This document shows, one piece after another, positions 20,834 through 27,887 of a DNA stretch of 64,000 bases. The DNA comes from Ardenticatenaceae bacterium. Its GTDB lineage: Bacteria > Chloroflexota > Anaerolineae > Promineifilales > Promineifilaceae. The DNA lies in assembly GCA_020634455.1 (NCBI GenBank), contig JACKBQ010000002.1, forward strand, positions 856,606 to 920,605. Reading direction: 5' to 3'. The notes under the pieces are model-generated. The model was not told the DNA's origin and did no database searches. It was given only the letters and a program-made list of their open reading frames with translations. Position numbers and translations under genes: made by a program. Positions within the stretch are counted from its first letter, which is position 1, and each line of letters begins with the position of its first letter.

Positions 20834-20898
20834 GTAAACGGTAATCGGTGATCGGTATTCAGTAATCAACCGATTACTGAATACTGATTACCGTTTAC
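20834..20898 (+). repeat. GTAATCN heptad-word hairpin after eno (terminator-like)
   Basis: GTAAACGGTAATC (20834-20846) pairs with GATTACCGTTTAC (20886-20898), and GTATTCAGTAATC pairs with GATTACTGAATAC. The 5' arm is the tandem GGTAATC GGTGATC GGTATTC AGTAATC. Confidence 0.75.
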
Positions 20899-20965
20899 CT
20901 GAATCTAATCTTTACGCGGTACACTCTGCCCACTTTGCTAAAAAAACACAGTTAAGGATACAACC

Positions 20966-21559
20966 ATGATTCGATTTGAAGATGAATACGAAGAACCCGC
21001 CGAAGAGAAAACAAAACCAAAGAAAAGCATGATGGAACGCCTGCTGGAAACCCGCACCATCACTATTTTCGGCGAAATTAATATGAAGCTGGCGCAAGAA
21101 GTGACCGAAAAGCTAATGCTGCTGGCGGCCGATTCCGACGACGACATCAAAATCTTCATCAACTCCCCTGGTGGGCACGTAGAATCTGGCGACACCATTT
21201 TTGACATGATCCGCTTTGTCAAACCAAAAGTGAAAATTGTGGGGACAGGCTGGGTAGCCAGCGCCGGGGCGCTCATTTACGCCTCTGCTGACCGGGAAAA
21301 TCGTTACAGCTTGCCCAACACCCGCTTCTTGCTGCACCAGCCGATGGGCGGGGTGCGTGGTCAGGCGCAGGACATTAAGATTGAGGCGGAAGAGATCATC
21401 AAGATGCGCGAACGCCTAAACCGCATTTTCTCTGAGCAGACGGGTCAGCCGCTGGCAAAAGTAACCAAAGACACCGAGCGCAACTTCTGGATGACAGCTA
21501 AAGAAGCGATTGAGTACGGTCTGGTGGGGCAAATCATCAATTCCGCCGACGAAGTTTAG
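20966..21559 (+). CDS. clpP: ClpP-family protease subunit with Ser-His-Asn in place of the canonical triad
   Basis: [15 protein letters not shown] (Ser), LLHQPMGG (His) and [20 protein letters not shown], where E. coli has DTERDRF. Acidic 20-aa N-terminal extension. Confidence 0.88.
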   Translation: MIRFEDEYEEPAEEKTKPKKSMMERLLETRTITIFGEINMKLAQEVTEKLMLLAADSDDDIKIFINSPGGHVESGDTIFDMIRFVKPKVKIVGTGWVASAGALIYASADRENRYSLPNTRFLLHQPMGGVRGQAQDIKIEAEEIIKMRERLNRIFSEQTGQPLAKVTKDTERNFWMTAKEAIEYGLVGQIINSADEV

Positions 21560-21607
21560 TAATTCATTCGTAGGTCAATTTTACAAAATTGACCCACAGA
21601 CAAAATT

Positions 21608-21647
21608 GGACCTCAAAAGTTTGTCAAAACTTTTGAGGTCTTTTTTA
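21608..21647. terminator. bidirectional intrinsic terminator between clpP and the convergent micro-ORF
   Basis: GACCTCAAAAGTT (21609-21621) pairs with AACTTTTGAGGTC (21628-21640), followed by TTTTTT on the plus strand. A shorter T-tract follows on the minus strand. Confidence 0.8.
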
Positions 21648-21755
21648 TTTCTGTCGCCGGGCCAGGGCGTTCATCACCATGACGAAGGCGGTAATCATTC
21701 CCAGCATGAAAGTGATGGCGATGATGATGAGTAAGGTTGTGAGCGGGATGAACAT
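21645..21755 (-). CDS. 36-aa hydrophobic micro-protein (single TM helix)
   Basis: GGAG, then 6 nt, then ATG at 21753-21755. MFIPLTTLLIIIAITFMLGMITAFVMVMNALARRQK, then TAA, followed immediately by the terminator hairpin. Below the ORF-track size cutoff. Confidence 0.5.
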   Translation of the reverse strand: MFIPLTTLLIIIAITFMLGMITAFVMVMNALARRQK

Positions 21756-21845
21756 TTTTTACTCCTGTGTGCGTTGAGATTGGACCATTTTCATGTACAG
21801 AAAGTTGCAATTGAAACCCAAAATGGTCCAATCTTTTTGCTCAAC

Positions 21846-22628
21846 TTAGCTAAACATACCAGCGGGCATTGCCCCTTGCTGGCTCATGCTGATGGTGGAC
21901 TGGGACACCAGGTTGAAGATGCGGCGCAGTTCCTGGTGGCTAAGCCCGGCAGCGAGCACGTCGGGGAAGCCGATTTCGTCGGCGAGCTGACGCAGTTCGG
22001 CAGGGTTGATGCCGCCACTGCGGAAGCCAACGTAGGCCAGGGTGTAAATTTCGTGTTTGAGCAACTCGGTGGCCGCGCGGCGAATCTGTGTGGCGCGTTG
22101 TTTGGAGGCGTTATCGTCGCCGTCGGAGTAGACGATGACGATGCAGCGCACCATGACGCCGCTCTGCCGCAGCTGTTGAGCGTAAAGTACCATGTTGGTG
22201 AAGCCTCCTGCCACGGCATCGTACAGGGCAGTGGAGCCGCTGGGGTCGTAGCTGAGGCGGCTGAGTGGCGGCACGTCTTTGAGCGGCATGTAGCCGTGCA
22301 GCAGGGCGACATCCTGGTTGAAGACGATGGTGCTCATGAGGATGTCGTCGGCGGCGCTGGAGCCAATCATGGCGGCCAGATATTCCTGGTTGTAGGCGGT
22401 GACCAAGTCATTGGCATGTGGGGCCATCGAGCCGCTCATGTCGATGATGTTCATGGCCAGGGTGACTTCGTTGCTGGTGAGCTGGTTGAGGGGGGTGCCA
22501 ACGGCCGTTGCCATCGTTGGCCCGTTTAAATTGGAAACCACCAAATCCATCGTGTTGTTCGTTAGCCCATCCGCTTGCGCAGATTGAAAAAGATTGTCTA
22601 AATTTCCAAGTCCGTTGTTGTTGGTCAT
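21846..22628 (-). CDS. von Willebrand factor type A (vWA) domain protein, cytoplasmic, TerY-like size
   Basis: MIDAS motif DMSGSM, downstream GSTALYDA, and YSDGDDN. No signal peptide or TM segment. AAGGA RBS upstream. Confidence 0.8.
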   Translation of the reverse strand: MTNNNGLGNLDNLFQSAQADGLTNNTMDLVVSNLNGPTMATAVGTPLNQLTSNEVTLAMNIIDMSGSMAPHANDLVTAYNQEYLAAMIGSSAADDILMSTIVFNQDVALLHGYMPLKDVPPLSRLSYDPSGSTALYDAVAGGFTNMVLYAQQLRQSGVMVRCIVIVYSDGDDNASKQRATQIRRAATELLKHEIYTLAYVGFRSGGINPAELRQLADEIGFPDVLAAGLSHQELRRIFNLVSQSTISMSQQGAMPAGMFS

Positions 22629-22646
22629 GATTTTTTCCTTAATGGG

Positions 22647-22702
22647 ACGCAGGTTTGCCTGATCTTCCTGATCAAAATCAGGTTGATCAGGTAAACCTGC
22701 GT
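22647..22702 (-). repeat. CCTGATC-word hairpin between the nicotinamidase and vWA genes
   Basis: ACGCAGGTTTGCCTGATC (22647-22664) pairs with GATCAGGTAAACCTGCGT (22685-22702) with one mismatch. Inner CCTGAT/ATCAGG pairing. Confidence 0.75.
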
Positions 22703-22797
22703 TCTATTTCCTTTTTGCGAGCGCAATATCAATAAAACCTTCGGGAGGTTTCAGGCGTGATTGAGGCCGCTTGCAAAGCTTCCCGGAGGTTGGTTTT

Positions 22798-23727
22798 CTA
22801 AAAGGGCAGCTTGTCGGTGCTGTCGATGAAGTTGACGCCTTGCTGCTCAAAATCGGCGAAGCGGGCCTGGGCGATGGCGTGGAAATCCACGTCCGGGTGC
22901 AGCACGGGGGAGGTGCAGTCACGCAGAAAATAAATCTTCTGTAACGCCTCTGGCTGACTGCTGAAATCCTCGACCAGGTCTTCGACCGTCTCCAGCACAC
23001 AGTGGCTCTCTGCTTCCCCAGCGATCACCACCACGTCTGCCTGGGCAAGGGTGTCCAAGAATGGTTTGTTCTTGCCCCCCATCGGGTGGTTGGGCACGGA
23101 CACTTCCGGCTGGATGATTGAGTAATGTTCGGTGAGCGGGATGCTGCCTTTGGTGAGCCAGGTGGGTTGTGTTTTCCTTGCGATGCTGTGGTAGAGAACG
23201 GCCGTAAACAACTCAGGGTCCAACGCATTACCAATACTGCCAATCATGACGTGGTAGGGCCAGATGGTGAGCTGCTTTTTGGCCTCTTGCTCCAGCTGCT
23301 TCACATAGCTGGTAGACTGCACGGGAGCCACCAGCGGCCGCCATTTGCCCTGCTTGATGTCGTCGTAGGTGATGAGGGTGAACGGCGTGGGATGGTTGCC
23401 TGCCTCGTCTGCCCACCACGCCGGGTGGAAAATTTGGTGGGGCAGGTGGGAATCCAGCGAGCAGGTGATATTGGTGATGCGCTCGGCGTTGTTGTAGATA
23501 AATTCGATGGTGCGTTGAATGTCGCCCATCGCACCGGGTACGTAGAGGCTGCCATTTTGGTGGCAAAAATCAACCTGCATATCAATAATCACCAGGTGGA
23601 CATTTTCTTTGTCTTCAACGGCGGGTTTTAGGCCTGCGTTGGTGGCTTCGGCGGCGATGGTGGCCACGTCGGGGTAATGCAGCGTGCCGATGCGGCTGGG
23701 GTCGTAAAAGCCAGGGAATTTGCTCAT
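22798..23727 (-). CDS. pncA: nicotinamidase / isochorismatase-family cysteine hydrolase (long form)
   Basis: IIDMQVDFC (Asp), metal site SLDSHLPHQIFH, TKGS (Lys), GEAESHCVLETV (Cys). AAGGAG RBS. Confidence 0.75.
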   Translation of the reverse strand: MSKFPGFYDPSRIGTLHYPDVATIAAEATNAGLKPAVEDKENVHLVIIDMQVDFCHQNGSLYVPGAMGDIQRTIEFIYNNAERITNITCSLDSHLPHQIFHPAWWADEAGNHPTPFTLITYDDIKQGKWRPLVAPVQSTSYVKQLEQEAKKQLTIWPYHVMIGSIGNALDPELFTAVLYHSIARKTQPTWLTKGSIPLTEHYSIIQPEVSVPNHPMGGKNKPFLDTLAQADVVVIAGEAESHCVLETVEDLVEDFSSQPEALQKIYFLRDCTSPVLHPDVDFHAIAQARFADFEQQGVNFIDSTDKLPF

Positions 23728-23770
23728 GATTGAGGCTCCTTTTTCGGTTAATCACAATAAGTGTTTGTGT

Positions 23771-23802
23771 TACACTAAATAATATGTGAGCAGTATAGTG
23801 TA
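23771..23802. promoter_or_regulatory. inverted repeat TACACTA-N18-TAGTGTA upstream of the nicotinamidase gene (candidate operator)
   Basis: TACACTA at 23771-23777 and TAGTGTA at 23796-23802. A third ATACACT follows. About 45-75 nt upstream of the start at 23727. Confidence 0.3.
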
Positions 23803-23953
23803 CAAGATACACTTTGTCAAGCGTCGATTTTTGAATTGAACACAGCTAAACACAGATTGACGTTGATTTTTGCTGGTTTATCTGTGCAAATTCGTGTCCT
23901 GGTTTTTTGAGAAGAAATACGCGGAAAGAATCCGCGGCTACGGTGGGGGAAGG

Positions 23954-24511
23954 CTAGATGCGCCAGTAGATGTTATTTTCGCGGGTCATGAGTTTGTGTT
24001 CAATTAGAAAGCGGCGCAGCGAAGCGTAGTCGGAGTGGAGCGGTTTGAGGATGTCGTTAAGGTCGGCTTCGGGGTAGCGGACGCCGGGTTGAAAATGATT
24101 GGCGACCCATTTCATGATGACGAACTGTTTTTTGTAGCGGGCGGGGATTTGGGTGAGACGGCCGTTTTCCACAAAGTTGCTCAAAATTTTCTGCTCGTAC
24201 GCATTGGTGCTGTCATCTGGCACCAGTTCGGCCAGTTGCGCCTGGGACAAAATGTCTCGGCTCATGCTCTCCAAAAACTTCACGTTCAGCCAGTAGATGC
24301 GGTTGTTGCCCTCGGCCCGTACGTTAATCAGACCTAGCTCTTTCATGGTGGCCAGGTGGTGGGAGACGGTCGGTTCGCGCAGCTCTAGCAGGGCGGCCAG
24401 CTCGCCAACGCTGCGCTCCTGATTGGCCAGCAGCCCCAAAATCTTCAGGCGGCTCTCGTTGCCCAAAACCTTGAAGAAGTTCAGCAATCTTTGAAATTGA
24501 TCATTGCTCAT
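23954..24511 (-). CDS. ArsR-family HTH regulator fused to DUF2087
   Basis: LGNESRLKILGLLANQERSVGELAALLELREPTVSHHLATMKELGL (ArsR wHTH), plus a C-terminal ...RYPEADLNDILKPLHSDYASLRRFLIEHKLMTRENNIYW (DUF2087-like). Confidence 0.8.
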   Translation of the reverse strand: MSNDQFQRLLNFFKVLGNESRLKILGLLANQERSVGELAALLELREPTVSHHLATMKELGLINVRAEGNNRIYWLNVKFLESMSRDILSQAQLAELVPDDSTNAYEQKILSNFVENGRLTQIPARYKKQFVIMKWVANHFQPGVRYPEADLNDILKPLHSDYASLRRFLIEHKLMTRENNIYWRI

Positions 24512-24605
24512 GCGGTATTTTTCACTCCTTCATAAAAGGGACGCGGATGAACGCGGATTAGTCTGTGTAATCTGTGGATTTTCATTCGTGATGTTGAGCT
24601 CGCGC

Positions 24606-25139
24606 TCATGTCGTTTTTTGGTAAATGCCCCGGCTGCGGGTCATGAAGCCCCAATCCACCAGCAAGCGGCGCATTTCGGCATAGTCGGGATGTGCTTGGG
24701 ACAACCTCTCATTGACTGTTTTTTCGGGATAGCTGACGCCGCTTTCAAACAATTCGGCCAGCCAACTGGCGATTTCACGCAGTTCAGCTTCGTTTTCGGG
24801 CAGTTTTTTCAGGCGGGGGCCGTTGGTGTAGTGGCGCAACACGCGCTGACGCAGCGTTTCTTGCCCACCAGAATCGCCGCGATGGAACACGGCGTGGTTG
24901 ATTTGCTCCAGGCCGCTTTGGTTGAGCTGGTAGGTGTAGGGGGCGGTTTCGGTCACCAGGTTGGCTTGTTGGAGGCGATTGAGGTGTTTGAGAACGGCCG
25001 TTTCCTTCACCCCCATTCGCCGCGCCAACTCGGGTACAGGGGCTGTTTGCTCCGCCAAAATTCCCAGCAGCTGCAGCCGTTCGCGCTGCCCAACCGCTTG
25101 CAAAAAAGTCATCAGGACCTCAATTTTCTCTGGTTCCAT
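24606..25139 (-). CDS. ArsR-family HTH regulator fused to DUF2087 (tandem paralogue)
   Basis: Same architecture as 23954-24511: QRERLQLLGILAEQTAPVPELARRMGVKETAVLKHLNRLQQANL, then ...SYPEKTVNERLSQAHPDYAEMRRLLVDWGFMTRSRGIYQ. Confidence 0.8.
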   Translation of the reverse strand: MEPEKIEVLMTFLQAVGQRERLQLLGILAEQTAPVPELARRMGVKETAVLKHLNRLQQANLVTETAPYTYQLNQSGLEQINHAVFHRGDSGGQETLRQRVLRHYTNGPRLKKLPENEAELREIASWLAELFESGVSYPEKTVNERLSQAHPDYAEMRRLLVDWGFMTRSRGIYQKTT

Positions 25140-25266
25140 GAGAATAAAACCTTTGCGTATTTGGTATAGATTCCCGCCTGTGCAAGAATGACAGACTCCG
25201 TAGCCTATTTAGACAAAAATCTAAATAGAAGAATATCTAAATTGCTTAACTTCGTCAAGTGACAAT

Positions 25267-26517
25267 TTGCTTTTGCATGGTTCTCCTTCGTACAATCCAA
25301 TCATGAGCTTCAGCAGCGTGATCTGGCAAACGATTCTATTCTTTCTAACCTTTTGGCTGGGCTGTTACCTCATTGCCCGCGATGCCAGCCGCTTGCAGCT
25401 TTGGCTGGCCGGATTGGGCATGTTGGCTTTTTCCGCTGGCGTGGTTTCATTGCTGCTGGGTACCTTTGCCCCTTCGGCCCAGATGGCGCTGGCGCTGTAC
25501 CGGTTGCAGCGGCTGTTTGTACTGCTGCCTGCGTTATTCTGGTTGGGGGCGATGATCTGGCTGATTCCCAACCGGGTGGCGTGGGAGGAGCGATACGGCC
25601 GTCAGCAGCAGCTGCTGGGTTTAAGCATGGCCTGCATTCTGGCGTATGGCCTGGTCATCAGCGTCATCATCATCCCGGGCCGGCAAACTATTCCAGCCTG
25701 GGTAGGCACCTTCATTGCCCTGGATTTGTTCATTTTTGGCCTGGTTATCACCCAGCTAGACGCTTCCGACAAAGGCGAGGCGTGGCTGTACCACTTTTTG
25801 CGTGCGTTCGATTATTCATTTTTTGCAGCACTCATTTTTGGTGGGCAGATTGTTTTAGTGATGCGTTACTCGTTTGGTTTGAATTTTCCATTGGTGCTGC
25901 TGTTGCTGGCCAGCGTGGCTGCTTCCGTACTCATCCAAACATTTTCAGACCTCGTGCAGGGCTGGCTAGACCGGATTGCGTTTTTCAACGCGCCGCAGCT
26001 GCGCCAAGCGCGGGCCGCACAGCGGGCGGAAGATAGCGCCGCCCAGCGGCTGGATGCCACGCTCGATCTCCTCGACGTCCCTCCGGCCGAATTTGAGCGG
26101 CTCACCCGCCGTGCCCTCAGCCAGATGGGGAATTTGCCCAAATTGGCCAGCAGCCCCTTGACACGCCTGCCAGTGGTAAGCCAGCGCCTTGCCCAAAACG
26201 GCCAGCCAGATGGCACGTTGATCCGTGCCAGTGAGCTAAAAACGGTGCTGACGGAATCTATCACCAAATTGCAGCCCCGCGATGAGGGTGAGTTTGGCAC
26301 GACGGACGCGTGGCGGCATTACAATGCACTTTATTTTCCGTACGTGGTGGGATTACGGCCGTATAGTCGCCGCGCCTTCCACAATGAAGATTACCAGGAC
26401 GTGCTAGCCTGGTTCCGTAGTCAAGTCCCCGAACGAACCCTCTACAACTGGCAAACGGCCGCTGCCTGTCTTGTTGCCCGTGACCTGCGCGAACGTTCGC
26501 GACACCTTGCCCCGTAA
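25267..26517 (+). CDS. hypothetical polytopic membrane protein with cytoplasmic C-terminal domain (possible HTH)
   Basis: About 7 hydrophobic helices in the first 230 aa. The C-terminal 180 aa ends ...WRHYNALYFPYVVGLRPYS...VPERTLYNWQTAAACLVARDLRE, resembling sigma-region-4/LuxR-like tails. Start uncertain (TTG 25267 or ATG 25303). Confidence 0.5.
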   Translation: MLLHGSPSYNPIMSFSSVIWQTILFFLTFWLGCYLIARDASRLQLWLAGLGMLAFSAGVVSLLLGTFAPSAQMALALYRLQRLFVLLPALFWLGAMIWLIPNRVAWEERYGRQQQLLGLSMACILAYGLVISVIIIPGRQTIPAWVGTFIALDLFIFGLVITQLDASDKGEAWLYHFLRAFDYSFFAALIFGGQIVLVMRYSFGLNFPLVLLLLASVAASVLIQTFSDLVQGWLDRIAFFNAPQLRQARAAQRAEDSAAQRLDATLDLLDVPPAEFERLTRRALSQMGNLPKLASSPLTRLPVVSQRLAQNGQPDGTLIRASELKTVLTESITKLQPRDEGEFGTTDAWRHYNALYFPYVVGLRPYSRRAFHNEDYQDVLAWFRSQVPERTLYNWQTAAACLVARDLRERSRHLAP

Positions 26518-26875
26518 TTGTTGGAATGCTGAGGCTGTTTGGCTCTGTCCACAATCTGGGGCGAGGTTCAGCAGGAAATATTGCATATCCAAGCAAAAAA
26601 ACCGTTTGGTTATTTGCGCAACATCTGTTGAAGCGTAACATGCTCAAACAAGCTCTGATTGGGTAAATTGCCCATTAGAGCTTGTTGAACACACTGTCAA
26701 TCATCATGGGTTATTTGCGAATCTTCTTCACTAGAGTTCGGTTACTTTTGATATATGACAACGGGAACACCTTCGGATTAAGACGGGGTTTTACACCAAA
26801 TTAAATCGCTCCACCTATTTGGTTTGGGTGAAATCATATAGACAACGGCCGTAATTTCCCCTAATATTCTCCCTC

Positions 26876-27793
26876 ATGAGTACAGAACAGTTGCAATACG
26901 GCCGTGTCACCTGGATCAACATCACCAACCCCACCCAAGAAGATATGCAGGCGCTGGGGGAGCGCTATCCCAACTTCCATCCGCTGCATTTGGGCGATTG
27001 CCTGACTGAATTAGAGTTCCCCAAGCTGGATGTGGGTAAGGAGTACATTTTCATCGTGGCCCAACTGCCCCGTTGGAACGGCGAAGCCCGCATTTGCCAT
27101 CCAGCCGAAATTGACCTTTTTGTGGCCAGTGGCGTGCTGGTCACCGTCCACAACGGCGAAATCAAGCCGCTGAATGAAATGTTTGCCGCCGCCCAGGCAA
27201 ACGAAGCCGCCATGGGCGAAATGATGGGCCAGGGAGCCAGCCCGCTGCTCTATAAACTCATGGACACGCTGGTGCGCTACTGCGATCCTATTCTGGAGAA
27301 GGTGAACCACACCATCCGCCAAATTGAACTCAGCCTGTTTGAAGAAAATATGGAGCACATTTTGTACGAGGTCGCCGTGGCGCGTCGCGGCGTTATTGCC
27401 ATCCGCCATATTTTACGGCCGCAGCTAGAGGTGGTGCGGGAGTTGGAGCGGGGGAGCTGGCCCTTCATTCAGGGGCATCTGGATATGTACTGGGATGACA
27501 TCGGCGACCATCTGACGCGGCTGCTGTCCATGCTGGATGAGCATGTGGAGGTGATTGGTGGCTTGTCCGATACGGTGGACACGCTGGCTTCCCATCGCAT
27601 TGATGGCGTGGTGCGCCTGCTCACGCTCATCACCATCCTAACCGTGCCGCTGACGGTGCTCTCCACCATTTTTGGCATGAATGTAACCCTGCCGTACGAG
27701 GATCACCCACTGCCGTTTTACCTCATCAATATTATTGGCATCATCATGACGGTAGGGGTGATTTGGTATTTGCACCGACGTCATTGGTTGTGA
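26876..27793 (+). CDS. corA: magnesium/cobalt transporter CorA
   Basis: Cytoplasmic N-domain, two C-terminal TM helices, and the signature FGMNV. Confidence 0.9.
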   Translation: MSTEQLQYGRVTWINITNPTQEDMQALGERYPNFHPLHLGDCLTELEFPKLDVGKEYIFIVAQLPRWNGEARICHPAEIDLFVASGVLVTVHNGEIKPLNEMFAAAQANEAAMGEMMGQGASPLLYKLMDTLVRYCDPILEKVNHTIRQIELSLFEENMEHILYEVAVARRGVIAIRHILRPQLEVVRELERGSWPFIQGHLDMYWDDIGDHLTRLLSMLDEHVEVIGGLSDTVDTLASHRIDGVVRLLTLITILTVPLTVLSTIFGMNVTLPYEDHPLPFYLINIIGIIMTVGVIWYLHRRHWL

Positions 27794-27824
27794 TCGGCGG
27801 TCGGTAATCCGTAATCTGAATTCG

Positions 27825-27876
27825 GTAAGCGGTGAACAGTAATCCGTGTTTTTACCGATTACCGTTCACCGCTTAC
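27825..27876. repeat. GTAATCN heptad-word hairpin between convergent corA and the S41 peptidase gene
   Basis: GTAAGCGGTGAAC (27825-27837) pairs perfectly with GTTCACCGCTTAC (27864-27876). Preceded by CGGTAATC CGTAATC TGAATTC heptads from about 27800. Confidence 0.75.
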
Positions 27877-27887
27877 GGTTTTACTGG

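Noticed and set aside
26518-26875. A possible Mg2+ (M-box) or other riboswitch in the 358-nt leader upstream of corA.
   Set aside because: I could not find the conserved M-box core (GUUAGGUGAGGCU-like). Only a 10-bp AACAAGCTCT/AGAGCTTGTT hairpin is evident. An Rfam scan would be needed to settle this.
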